64,000 bases of DNA from Candidatus Latescibacterota bacterium. Its GTDB lineage: Bacteria; Latescibacterota; UBA2968; UBA8231. Below are positions 1 to 9,439 of the stretch, piece after piece. Position numbers and translations under genes: made by a program. How positions within the stretch are numbered: position 1 is the stretch's first letter; every line of letters begins with the position of its first letter. The notes under the pieces are model-generated. The model searched no databases. It was not told the DNA's origin and worked only from the letters and a program-made list of their open reading frames with translations. The stretch is from positions 5,920,001 through 5,984,000 of the forward strand of contig OZ253462.1 in NCBI GenBank assembly GCA_965261395.1. Reading direction: 5' to 3'.

Positions 1-327
1 CCGCTGTGGTCCACCATCTCGCGCTGGCGCAACGAGGAGTTCGACCGCATTGTCGAGCGCATCGCGCCCCTACAGGTTGGCGACGAGGAACTGTTGGAGC
101 TATTCGGCGAGGCCATGGAGATATGGGTGGGGGAGTTGCCTGACATTTTCCTAGCGCAGCTAATTATCCGCTATCCTTGTAACACCACCCGCTGGACCGG
201 CTGGCCGAGTCAGCAAGACCCTTATGGGTTCCCGCATTCTTGGCAGTGGGAGCTGTTGAAGACCTTTATCCGGCTGGAGCCGGCGCAGGCCGTCGGTAAC
301 GGGGTAACGGTTCGAAACGAGGGGTAG
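1..327 (+). CDS. C-terminal part of a family-5 (Opp/Dpp-type, oligosaccharide-binding-like) ABC substrate-binding protein, 5' truncated by the window
   Basis: Frame 1 is open from base 1 (PLWSTISRWRNEEFDRIVE...ELPDIFL...TRWTGWPSQQDPY), resembling SBP family 5 C-termini; stop lies 3 nt before the GH2 start. Confidence 0.7.
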   Translation, partial: PLWSTISRWRNEEFDRIVERIAPLQVGDEELLELFGEAMEIWVGELPDIFLAQLIIRYPCNTTRWTGWPSQQDPYGFPHSWQWELLKTFIRLEPAQAVGNGVTVRNEG

Positions 328-330
328 GCT

Positions 331-2448
331 ATGGACGCTTCGATCACCGATACCAAAGCGTATAGGGACGCGACCGAGGGTGGCGATGTCCGCCTGCTGC
401 TGAATGGCGAGTGGGAGTTTGCCGAAGGCCCCGATGGCGACCCGCCGACCGACGGCTGGGAGCGCGTGCGAGTGCCGCATCGTTCGCGCGAGTTTGAAGA
501 CGATCCGCCCGAGTCCGGCTGGTACCGCACGGAACTGCGCCTGCCCGAAGGCTGGGACGCAGCCGGGCGCATCGTCCTCGACCTCGGGAGGGTCCGCCAC
601 TTTGGGCGCGCTTATCTCGACGGTGAAGTGCTCGGCGAACACTATGGTATGCGCTTGCCTTGGCGCATTGATCTGATTTCCAGCATCCGCTCGGGGCGCG
701 AGCACCGGCTCGATGTGTTTACCCACAACTGTAGCGGCCACTATTCGCATCCCGATGCCTCACGCCTGAGCGAAGAGGCGGAAAAAGCCCTCGACACTCG
801 TTTCTGGTACACGAGCGCCGCCACCGTTGGCATGGAGTCGGATGTGTGGCTGAGTTGGGAGTCGCGGGTGCGGGTCGAAGATGTGCAAATCGTCACGTCG
901 GTGCGGGAACGCGAAATCCGCGTCGGGTTGACCGTCCGCAACGACGCTGAGGAAGGGTTTCACGGCACCGTTCGTCTCCGGGTGCGCCGCGCGGGCGAGA
1001 CCGAGTTGGAACTCGCAGGCTGCGATCTCGATCTGGCACCGGGGGAGAGCCGTCGCCTAGAGACCGCAGCGCCTTGGCGCGATGCCGTGCTCTGGGGCCG
1101 CCCGCCGTACGGGGAGCCGGTGTTGTACTTCCTCGAAAGTTCGTTGCATTCGGCAGGTCGTGCCGTGCATACCGCCGTGACCCGCTTCGGCTTCCGCGAG
1201 ATCTGGAGCGAGGGGAATCGGCTGCTGCTCAACGGCACTCAGCTAATGCCTTGGGGTGACCACACAGTGCCGTACGTGTACGAGCGCCAGTGGCTGACGC
1301 GGAAGTTCGTCGATCTGGCCGACGCCAACGTCAGCATTGTCGAGCACCACCGCTACGACCCGCCGCCGGTGTTTTACGACGTGGCCGACGAGCTTGGCGT
1401 GTTCGTGGTGGGGGCCAACTTTTGCGTTGGTACGGGACAGGTGTACACGCCAGCGATGGACGCTCGGGAGAAGGTGCTGGTAACGGAGTACCAGCTAGCA
1501 GTGGCCGATCACTGGATTCGCTCGGCCCGCAACCACCCGTCGATCCTGTTCTGGGACATCACGGACGCGAGAGATCCCGAATACTGCGTGCCCTTGCTGC
1601 GCAAGGTGAAGGAGCTCGACGACAGCCGCATTGCCGAAGTCACCTTTGATCCGTCGGTGGCCACGGACGAGCTGATCGAGCTGATTGATTGCTATCGGCT
1701 GTTTAGCGGCTTGGAGAACATTGAGGAGAGCATTGACGAGATCCGCAGCGGGCTCCCGGTGAAGCCGATCCGGGTCGGCGAGGCGGGTATCTTCGCGGGG
1801 GCCTCTTGGGGAGAGCAAGAGGAGCCGCCGCTGGCGGAAGGCTGGTGGGAATTTTTGACCTCAATGCCGGAGCGCAACGTACACGGGCTACAGACGTTTC
1901 ACCTCGCCGACATGGACTATCGCGGCTTCACCGACCAAGTGCCGGGGATGCTGGCTGGACCGCTCGACGTGGAGGTCACGTGGCCGTCGCAGTCGGGAGC
2001 GGACGCCCGCATCGATCCTTTCGGCGCGGGGACGCTGGCGGCGCGGGGCAAGCATCGGCTGTGTCTCAACTGGTGCGATCCGCAGCAGCCGGTCTCTCGT
2101 CCAACGGCGACGACAGAGTGGTCACAGGAGTTGTTCCGCCAGCTTGCCGGGCGGGATGTGGGACCGCTGGCCCACGAGCGATTGGCGGAGGTGCTGGTGC
2201 GGGTGATGTGCGACGGTCGCCCGGTCGCCCGCGCCTGCGTGTTCGTGAGTCCGTTGGCCGGGCAAGCGGTCCTGCCCTATGCCGTGCGGGCCGATTTGGC
2301 GGGCACATCGTGGTTCGCGTTACCCGAAGCGGGTGCGTACCGCTTTACTTGTCAGGGCGCAAGCGTGGATGTCGAGAGTCGGCGGCAGCCGATCCGAGCG
2401 CCGGGCGGATACGACCACGTTCAGTCGGTGACGCTGCATTTGCCTTAG
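331..2448 (+). CDS. Glycoside hydrolase family 2-like protein (sugar-binding + Ig + TIM barrel), atypical acid/base motif
   Basis: LNGEWEF, GWYRT, RFGFREI..EG..LLLNG, YDVADELGVFV, RNHPSILFW, PIRVGEAG. Confidence 0.8.
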   Translation: MDASITDTKAYRDATEGGDVRLLLNGEWEFAEGPDGDPPTDGWERVRVPHRSREFEDDPPESGWYRTELRLPEGWDAAGRIVLDLGRVRHFGRAYLDGEVLGEHYGMRLPWRIDLISSIRSGREHRLDVFTHNCSGHYSHPDASRLSEEAEKALDTRFWYTSAATVGMESDVWLSWESRVRVEDVQIVTSVREREIRVGLTVRNDAEEGFHGTVRLRVRRAGETELELAGCDLDLAPGESRRLETAAPWRDAVLWGRPPYGEPVLYFLESSLHSAGRAVHTAVTRFGFREIWSEGNRLLLNGTQLMPWGDHTVPYVYERQWLTRKFVDLADANVSIVEHHRYDPPPVFYDVADELGVFVVGANFCVGTGQVYTPAMDAREKVLVTEYQLAVADHWIRSARNHPSILFWDITDARDPEYCVPLLRKVKELDDSRIAEVTFDPSVATDELIELIDCYRLFSGLENIEESIDEIRSGLPVKPIRVGEAGIFAGASWGEQEEPPLAEGWWEFLTSMPERNVHGLQTFHLADMDYRGFTDQVPGMLAGPLDVEVTWPSQSGADARIDPFGAGTLAARGKHRLCLNWCDPQQPVSRPTATTEWSQELFRQLAGRDVGPLAHERLAEVLVRVMCDGRPVARACVFVSPLAGQAVLPYAVRADLAGTSWFALPEAGAYRFTCQGASVDVESRRQPIRAPGGYDHVQSVTLHLP

Positions 2449-2470
2449 GTCCCTTAAATCGGAGAAAGAT

Positions 2471-3916
2471 ATGCCAGACGCTCGCCCCAATATCCTGCTC
2501 ATTATGACCGACCAGCAGCGCGGCGACTGCATGGGGCTCGATCCGCACAGTCCCTCGTGTTTGCAAACACCCAATCTCGATTGGCTGGCCCGCACCGGCA
2601 CGCACTTTCACCACGGCTATTCCGAATGTCCCAGTTGCATTCCCGCTCGCCGCTGTCTGATGACCGGCACGGCGCCCGCGGCTAATGGGGTCGTTGGATT
2701 CAGAGGCGCTCCCTGGGATCCGCCGCACACTTTGGCCGGCGAACTGTCCAAGGCAGGTTATCAGACGGAGATGGTCGGCAAACTCCACTTAACCCCCCAT
2801 CGCAAGCGCTACGGCTTTGACCACATGCAACTAGCCGATGGCACCCGGGGCGCGGACAACGACTATGTCGAATGGCTGCAACAATACCACGGCCGCAATG
2901 AAGTAGATCCCGGCATGGCCCACGGCATTGCCGCCAACGGCTGGGTTGGTCGCCCGCACCATTTGCCGGAAGAACAGATGCATACTTTTTGGTGTGTTGA
3001 TCGGGCTATGGATTTTCTGCGCAAACGCGATCCGTCGGCCCCATTTTTTCTCAATCTTTCCTTTATCGATCCCCATCCCCCGCTCGTGCCACCCGCCCCT
3101 TATTACGACCGCTATATTCACCGCAGTTTGCCCGATCCAAGTGTCGGCGACTGGGCACCCGCATTCGATGGCCCCGAAAAAGGTCTCAATCCCAATGGGT
3201 GGGAAATTCGTCTCAACGAACACGACATGCGCTGTTGTCGCGCGGCCTATTACGGCATGATCAACTTTATAGACGACCAGATCGGCCGCCTCATCCAGTT
3301 TACCGGGGGTCTCAACAACTGCTTAGTCATCTTCACCTCCGACCACGGCGAAATGCTGGGCGACCACAACCTCTTCCGCAAAACCTGGCCTTATGAAGCT
3401 TCGGCGCGAGTTCCATTTTTCATGCGCGCGCCAAAAAATTGGGACTATCCCGAAGAAGTCATTGGCAAAAGCCCCGTCGGCATCCAGGACATCATGCCCA
3501 CCATCCTCAATGCAGCCGGCGTCGACATTCCCGATACCTGCACGGGCAAAAGCCTTCTGCCCGTCATGCAGGGCGATGCCGACGGCGTCAGGGAATTTCT
3601 CCACGGAGAACACGCTGGTTGTTACGCCCGCGACCACGGCAACCACTATGTCACCGATGGGCACTGCAAGTACATCTGGTATTCGCAAACGGGCCAAGAA
3701 CACCTTTTCGATTTGGACGAAGATCCGCAGGAAATGCGCGACTTGTCTCGCGCTCCCGACGCTGAAATTAGGATGCAGCCCTGGCGAAATCGCCTCAGCG
3801 AAATCCTCAAAGACCGACCGGAAGGTTTTGCGGATGGCACGCGCTTAATCCCCGGCCAACCCCATGACGCACTCTTGCCAGACTACGATCCAGAAGCGAC
3901 CTATCCCTATCTATGA
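2471..3916 (+). CDS. Arylsulfatase/choline-sulfatase-like (Cys-type, formylglycine-dependent)
   Basis: RPNILLIMTDQQR, CIPAR (CxPxR) + LMTG, GKLH, PHPP, FTSDHGEMLGDH; GGAG SD. Confidence 0.93.
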   Translation: MPDARPNILLIMTDQQRGDCMGLDPHSPSCLQTPNLDWLARTGTHFHHGYSECPSCIPARRCLMTGTAPAANGVVGFRGAPWDPPHTLAGELSKAGYQTEMVGKLHLTPHRKRYGFDHMQLADGTRGADNDYVEWLQQYHGRNEVDPGMAHGIAANGWVGRPHHLPEEQMHTFWCVDRAMDFLRKRDPSAPFFLNLSFIDPHPPLVPPAPYYDRYIHRSLPDPSVGDWAPAFDGPEKGLNPNGWEIRLNEHDMRCCRAAYYGMINFIDDQIGRLIQFTGGLNNCLVIFTSDHGEMLGDHNLFRKTWPYEASARVPFFMRAPKNWDYPEEVIGKSPVGIQDIMPTILNAAGVDIPDTCTGKSLLPVMQGDADGVREFLHGEHAGCYARDHGNHYVTDGHCKYIWYSQTGQEHLFDLDEDPQEMRDLSRAPDAEIRMQPWRNRLSEILKDRPEGFADGTRLIPGQPHDALLPDYDPEATYPYL

Positions 3917-3953
3917 GCTAAGTGCGCGACAGCTTGGGACGGGTTCGAGGAGG

Positions 3954-5132
3954 TCACCAAGGCAACTCTCTCAAGGCGTCGGTTTCCAGTGTGAGTTGCT
4001 CGTGGCCGTCTGCGGTGATGACGTGGACGTTCTCCCACAGATACTGCACAGTACCCCATTGTACCCCTGGTTCGGTGCTGATCACCATGCCCTCTTGTAG
4101 CACTGTGTGATCCTCTGGGCATATGCTCGGTGGCTCCGTCACCAGTAGGCCCTGCCCGTGCCCCATGCGGGCGCTCGGCAGTTGTTCCAAGGCACCGAGT
4201 TCAGCTCGGGTTTCAGCGATGGCCTCAACGCCTATCTGGTATAAATCGGAACACCGAACTCCGGGTCCGAGTGCCTGCGCCATCTTTTCGTCCACGCGTA
4301 AGGCGGCTTGGTAGATACGCCGTTGCTCGGACGTGGCCGGTCCCAAGGTGGCCATGCGGGGATAGTCGATGGTGTACATCCCGACGTAAGCCCCGGTGTC
4401 CACGGCCAGGACCATGCCTTTCTCAAGAGGACGGTCGTAGTGGAACGGGTTGCCGGCCCCGGGAATGCCGAGTTGCAAAATGACGTAAGCTGTCCGGTCG
4501 CCGCCCTCCTCTAGGATCAATTGCCGGGTGAGACGGGCCACCTGCCTTTCCGTCATGCCGGGTTCCACTTGGTCGAAGAGCCGTTGTCGAGCCCGGCCGG
4601 TAATGGCCGCGGCTTGGAGCATGTAGGCTAGTTCCTCGCTGGATTTTACCATCCTGAGTCCGATCAAGATGTCGGCGGAATCGACGAATTCAACGTCGGG
4701 AAGGGCCTCCACTAGGGCGTTATAGGTCCGCACGGGTATGCCCATTCGCTGCTCCTGGCCCAGTTCTGCCCCTATGCGCTTGTTTTCAAGACCAGCGTCC
4801 TGCAGCGCTTGCAGGACGATCTGATGGGGGAAGTCGAGAATGTTGGTATAATCCCGCAGATCGGCTATATAGGAGCCCAGCGCGAGGTTGGCCCTTCCCT
4901 GGGTGACGATGATGGGGGCTCTCTCTAGCGGCAGGATAAAGAGAGATGGCCGGGTGAGGGAGTAGTGCAGCGCGATGCTGGCGGTCGTGCCCGCCAGATA
5001 CTGGAAGTTCTCCTCGCCGGACACCAAGAGGGCGTCGATCCCCCGGTGGGCCATCATAGTTCGAGCCCGGGAATAGCGCGTCTCCATCTCCCGGCGGGAA
5101 AACAAGGCGTATTCGAGGTGCTCTGCCGTCAT
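3954..5132 (-). CDS. M24 family Xaa-Pro peptidase/creatinase-like hydrolase
   Basis: Creatinase_N region, LRMVKS.EE, metal ligands VDTG...ID.PR, GHGQGL, TEPG, WEN; GGAGGA SD. Confidence 0.88.
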   Translation of the reverse strand: MTAEHLEYALFSRREMETRYSRARTMMAHRGIDALLVSGEENFQYLAGTTASIALHYSLTRPSLFILPLERAPIIVTQGRANLALGSYIADLRDYTNILDFPHQIVLQALQDAGLENKRIGAELGQEQRMGIPVRTYNALVEALPDVEFVDSADILIGLRMVKSSEELAYMLQAAAITGRARQRLFDQVEPGMTERQVARLTRQLILEEGGDRTAYVILQLGIPGAGNPFHYDRPLEKGMVLAVDTGAYVGMYTIDYPRMATLGPATSEQRRIYQAALRVDEKMAQALGPGVRCSDLYQIGVEAIAETRAELGALEQLPSARMGHGQGLLVTEPPSICPEDHTVLQEGMVISTEPGVQWGTVQYLWENVHVITADGHEQLTLETDALRELPW

Positions 5133-5163
5133 TGATCGTCCTCCTCGCTAGTGCCAACCACCT

Positions 5164-7266
5164 TCATATTGCCCCTATTTCCTCTTCTCCAACGCGGACA
5201 AAGCCTTGGGGATCAACCAGATTCTGGTAAGCGGTCTTGAGCCAGTCGTCGCTGCGAGCCACCGTGGCTACTCGCACCTCTCCGACTTGGCCGCGGAACT
5301 GGGCTGAGCCGTCGGCCAATCCGCCGACGGCCACTGGTACCTGATTGACCTGCAGGGACCCAGTGCCAGAGCGCTCGGCCACCAAGCGGCCATCGACCCA
5401 CAGCTTGAGGGTGCGGCCGTTGTACACGCCGGCTAGGTGGTGCCAGCCTGGGGTCAGGGCTTGGTGGGCGGCTATGCTCCGCGGTCCTTTAGCGGTATTG
5501 ATCAAAAAGCTGGGTCCGGGCACGGCGGCGCACAGCCCACCGTTGTGTCCATAGTCGCTATAGCGCAGGCTGAACGAGGCGTTGGACCCCGACGTGTCGT
5601 AGCGCAAGACCCGGCCGTGGAAGGCATCTCCCTCTCCGTCGTATAGCGGTGCCCCATAAAAATAGCGCCCGTCAAAAGCCCCGGCGTTATAACCCACTGT
5701 TTTCAAGCCGTCGGTGGCGCTGGCGTCGCACGCATCCCAGCTCTGAGGGGCGCCAAAGGACCCCCGGGTATCGTAGCGCAGAAAATTGGCGTGGTACGTG
5801 CTTTTGTCTTCCCCCGCGGGCACTGTCCGCGTCCAGGGGATGAAATAGACGTAGCGGCCGTCGAAAAAACCACCGTCGAAGCCTCCGGTATCCAAACCCG
5901 AAGTATTGGTAGCGTCAAAGGTTGCCCAGCTAGCGTCGTCGGTAAAATCACCCTGCGCGTCGTAGCGGATCATATGGCTGTGACTGTAGGCGCAGAAGTA
6001 GAGGTAGCGGCCGTCGAAGACGGCACCGACATTCATCTGCATGTTCAACGGCCGGGCGTCGTATGTGCGCCAGCTATCCGGGTCGGCAAAATCGCCTTTA
6101 GTATCGTATTGCACGACCACGCCGTTGGTCAGCGGTACAAAGTAGATATAGCGCCCGTCAAAGGCCCCTCCGTCGAAACATACAGCCTCCTCCGAGAGCC
6201 CCTTGGTGTCGAAGATCCGGTAGGTGGCCGGATCTTTGAAGTCGGCCTGAGTATCCATGCGCAGCACCTTGCCACTGAGTTTACTCTCGGTCAAGGAGGC
6301 CTCCGACGTCCCATCGTATCCCGGGCAGAAGTAGAGGTAGCGGCCGTCGCAGGCGACCCCCTGGTGCGAATGCGGCAGGTCCGCATCATGCGCTTCCCAA
6401 CTCGCGGCGTTTTTGAAGGGACGGTGCGTGTCGTAGCGCAACACCCGGCTGTGGTAGCCCTCGCTGTCGTCGCGCGGTGTGAAGATGACATAGCGCCCGT
6501 CAAAGGCCGCCCCGTAGTAGCACACTGTATTCAACCCGTCCGTGCCGCGGGCATCGTGCGCTTCCCAGCTCTGAGGATCGTGGAAATCGCCTTGGGTATC
6601 GCAGCGCAATACGTTGGCGTGCACCGTGTTGCGCTCTCGATGGGAGCGGATCGGACACCAGTACACATAGCGGCCGTCGAATACAGCGCCGTAGAACCCG
6701 ACGCAGGCTAGGCCGTCGGTCTGTCCGGCGTCGTAGGCACTGAAGGCATCGAAGGATTCCCGCACCGCCCACTTGGACACCAGCGACTGCAGAACCTCAG
6801 CCCCCGATCCCGTCCCCCGCACCCACGCCTCCACGGTCAGCTCCTCGGCCAACTCCATGGCGCTCGAGCCAGCCACCACCCGCTCCCCGTGTTGCACCAG
6901 ACCATACGAGTCCTCCCAAACGCCCTGGGCCGGTGCCGTCGCTGCAACGACCGGATCGCCGTAATACAGATACAGGACCTCGTCTTGGCGACACGATAGC
7001 GCTGGCACTTCGACCCAAGCTTCTAGCTGGCCCTGCTCGGGGTCGTAGGCGACCAATTCGTGGGGCAGCCGGGTGCGGCCATCGGCTTGGGTGAAGAAGA
7101 AGTCAGCACCGTGGAGGTGGGCGACGTGGCCGCCGGCGACGGTGCTGCGCAGGGTCGGGTCGCAGAGGCGAACCAGCAGCGGGAAATCCCGCTGGTCGGT
7201 GTTGAGCACTCGGGTGTGATCGATGGTCAGGCGGCGCCGGTACGGTGAAACAGACTCTGTGGCCAT
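5164..7266 (-). CDS. DUF2341 + LamG-like domain interrupted by seven (F/C)DGRY beta-propeller repeats (paralog A, 700 aa)
   Basis: Start reassigned to ATG 7266 (GGAGGA SD; matches the paralog N-terminus). DFPLLVRL...L.HE+..YD...LEAWV.VP...LYLYYG (DUF2341-like); LTVEAWV...SKW / WHHLAGVYNG.TLKLWVDG...F.G.+.EVRV (LamG); 7 repeats in between. Confidence 0.8.
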   Translation of the reverse strand: MATESVSPYRRRLTIDHTRVLNTDQRDFPLLVRLCDPTLRSTVAGGHVAHLHGADFFFTQADGRTRLPHELVAYDPEQGQLEAWVEVPALSCRQDEVLYLYYGDPVVAATAPAQGVWEDSYGLVQHGERVVAGSSAMELAEELTVEAWVRGTGSGAEVLQSLVSKWAVRESFDAFSAYDAGQTDGLACVGFYGAVFDGRYVYWCPIRSHRERNTVHANVLRCDTQGDFHDPQSWEAHDARGTDGLNTVCYYGAAFDGRYVIFTPRDDSEGYHSRVLRYDTHRPFKNAASWEAHDADLPHSHQGVACDGRYLYFCPGYDGTSEASLTESKLSGKVLRMDTQADFKDPATYRIFDTKGLSEEAVCFDGGAFDGRYIYFVPLTNGVVVQYDTKGDFADPDSWRTYDARPLNMQMNVGAVFDGRYLYFCAYSHSHMIRYDAQGDFTDDASWATFDATNTSGLDTGGFDGGFFDGRYVYFIPWTRTVPAGEDKSTYHANFLRYDTRGSFGAPQSWDACDASATDGLKTVGYNAGAFDGRYFYGAPLYDGEGDAFHGRVLRYDTSGSNASFSLRYSDYGHNGGLCAAVPGPSFLINTAKGPRSIAAHQALTPGWHHLAGVYNGRTLKLWVDGRLVAERSGTGSLQVNQVPVAVGGLADGSAQFRGQVGEVRVATVARSDDWLKTAYQNLVDPQGFVRVGEEEIGAI

Positions 7267-7304
7267 AGGACTATCCTCCGATTTGCGGTTGTCTCTTGCC
7301 AAAT

Positions 7305-9401
7305 TCACTTCGCTATTTCCTCTTCTCCAACGCGGACAAAGCCCTGGGGATCGCCCAGATTCTGGTAGGCGGTCTTGAGCCAGTCGTCGTTGCGAGCCAC
7401 CGTGGCCACCCGCACCTCTCCGACTTGGCCGCGAAACCGAGCTGAACCGTCGGCCAATCCGCCGACGGTCACCGGCACCTGATTGCCCTGCAGGGATCCA
7501 CTGCCAGAGCGCTCGGCCACCAAGCGACCGTCGACCCACAGCTTGAGGGTGCGGCCGTTGTACACGCCGGCTAGGTGGTGCCAGCCCGGGGTGAGAGCCT
7601 GGTGGGCGGCTATGCTCCGCGGTCCTTTAGCGGTATTGATCAAAAAGCTGGGCCCGGGCACGGCGGCGCACAGCCCGCCGTTGTGTCCGTAGTCGCCATA
7701 GCGCAGGCTGAACGAGGCGTTGGACCCCGCTGTGTCGTAGCGCAACACCCGGCCGTGGAAAAGCTCGTCGTCGCACAGCGGCGAGGTATAGATAAAGCGT
7801 CCGTCGAAAACGCCCCCGTTGTACCCGATAGTCTGCAGACCGTCGGTGGCGCTGGCGTCGTGCGCCGACCAGCTTTGGGGATCGCCGAAGGCCCCCCGCG
7901 TATCGTAGCGCAGAAAGTTGGCGTGATGCCCAGAGCCTTGCGGCCCTTTCAAGCGGCCCGCCCAAGGTGTGAAGTAGACGTAGCGACCATCGAAAAAACC
8001 GCCGTCCGCGCCGCTGGTATCTAGCCCCCCCGTATCGTTGGAATCGTAGGACTCCCAGCTGCTGTCGGCGGTGAAGTCGCCGTGCGTGTCACAGCGCACG
8101 ACCACGCCGTGCATGTAGGGCACGAGGTAGAGATAGCGTCCGTCGAAAACCGCGCCAACACACCAGCCGCTGCCGATGAACGGCCCGATATCGTACGTGC
8201 GCCAGCTATCCGGGTCGGCAAAATCGCCTTTAGTGTCGTATTGGAGGACCACGCCGTTTCTGAGGGGGACAAAGTAGATATAGCGGCCGTCAAAGGCTCC
8301 GCCGTCAAAACACGCGGCGTCTGGGGCAACGCTTTTCGCGTCGAATATCTTCCAGTTGGCTGACTCTTCGAACTCGCCAATAGTGTCCAGACGGACGATG
8401 CATCCGCTGTATTTGTCCTCGGCAATTAGCGAGACGCCCGGGGTTCCTTCGTACCCAGGGCAGAGGTAGATATAGCGGCCGTCAAAGGCCGCGCCCTGGT
8501 ACGAGTGAGTCAGACCTACATCGAATACTTCCCAACTGGCAATGCCCTTGAAGTCCTGGCGGGTGTCGTAGCGCAACACCCGGCTGTGGTACGCCGTACC
8601 TTCGTCCTGGGGGACGAAATACACATAGCGGCCGTCGAAGACAGCGCCGTAGTAATTTACTGTCCTCAGGGACGTTATGTTTTCGACATCGTGCGCTTCC
8701 CAGCTCTGAGGATCGTGGAAATCGCCTTGGGTATCGCAGCGCAGCACCACGCCGTGCACCGACTCCCGCTCGTTGGTGCGGCGATTGGGCGGCCAGTACA
8801 CATAGCGGCCGTCGAAAGCGCCCCCCAGATAGCCGACGCAGGCTAGGCCGTCGGTCTGTCCGGCGTCGTAGGCACTGAAGGCATCGAAGGATTCCCGCAC
8901 CGCCCACTTGGACACCAGCGACTGCAGAACCTCGGCTCCCGATCCCGCCCCCCGCACCCACGCCTCCACGGTCAATTCCTCGGCCAACTCCATCGCGCTC
9001 GAGCCGGCCACCACCCGCTCCCCGTGTTGCACCAGACCATACGAGTCCTCCCAAACGTCCCGGGCCGGTGCCGTCTTTGCAACGATCGGATCGCCGTAAT
9101 ACAGATACAGGACCTCGTCTTGGCGACACGATAGCGCTGGCACTTCGACCCAAGCTTCTAGCTGGCCCTGCTCGGGGTCGTAGGCGACCAATTCGTGGGG
9201 CAGCCGGGTGCGGCCATCGGCTTGGGTAAAGAAGAGATCGGCACCGTGGGAATGGGCGACGTGGCCGCCGCTGGCGGTGCTGCGCAGGGTCGGGTCGCAG
9301 AGGCGGATCAGCACCGGAAAATCCCGCTGGTCGGTGTTGAGCACTCGGGTGTGGTCGATGGTCAGGGGGCGTCGATACGGCGAAACAAGCTCTGCGGTCA
9401 T
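7305..9401 (-). CDS. DUF2341 + LamG + 7-blade FDGRY propeller (paralog B, 698 aa)
   Basis: Same architecture; N- and C-terminal regions nearly identical to 5164-7266. Confidence 0.8.
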   Translation of the reverse strand: MTAELVSPYRRPLTIDHTRVLNTDQRDFPVLIRLCDPTLRSTASGGHVAHSHGADLFFTQADGRTRLPHELVAYDPEQGQLEAWVEVPALSCRQDEVLYLYYGDPIVAKTAPARDVWEDSYGLVQHGERVVAGSSAMELAEELTVEAWVRGAGSGAEVLQSLVSKWAVRESFDAFSAYDAGQTDGLACVGYLGGAFDGRYVYWPPNRRTNERESVHGVVLRCDTQGDFHDPQSWEAHDVENITSLRTVNYYGAVFDGRYVYFVPQDEGTAYHSRVLRYDTRQDFKGIASWEVFDVGLTHSYQGAAFDGRYIYLCPGYEGTPGVSLIAEDKYSGCIVRLDTIGEFEESANWKIFDAKSVAPDAACFDGGAFDGRYIYFVPLRNGVVLQYDTKGDFADPDSWRTYDIGPFIGSGWCVGAVFDGRYLYLVPYMHGVVVRCDTHGDFTADSSWESYDSNDTGGLDTSGADGGFFDGRYVYFTPWAGRLKGPQGSGHHANFLRYDTRGAFGDPQSWSAHDASATDGLQTIGYNGGVFDGRFIYTSPLCDDELFHGRVLRYDTAGSNASFSLRYGDYGHNGGLCAAVPGPSFLINTAKGPRSIAAHQALTPGWHHLAGVYNGRTLKLWVDGRLVAERSGSGSLQGNQVPVTVGGLADGSARFRGQVGEVRVATVARNDDWLKTAYQNLGDPQGFVRVGEEEIAK

Positions 9402-9439
9402 GGCTTTAAGACCTCATGCTGGTTGGATCATGGCGGGGG

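Larger units (their letters stand above)
5164..9401 (-). repeat. Tandem gene duplication (about 2.1 kb unit, start-to-start offset 2135 bp) with mosaic identity
   Basis: Near-identical DNA at about 6700-7240 vs 8835-9375 and about 5175-5625 vs 7313-7760; short identical patches inside the divergent middle. Confidence 0.9.

Noticed and set aside
7267-7539. 91-aa N-terminal extension of paralog A in the ORF track
   Set aside because: Overlaps paralog B out of frame; the SD and the paralog alignment support ATG 7266
5600-8830. Diversity-generating retroelement (TR/VR) explanation for the variable paralogs
   Set aside because: No reverse transcriptase in the window; differences are not adenine-specific and both copies are full ORFs
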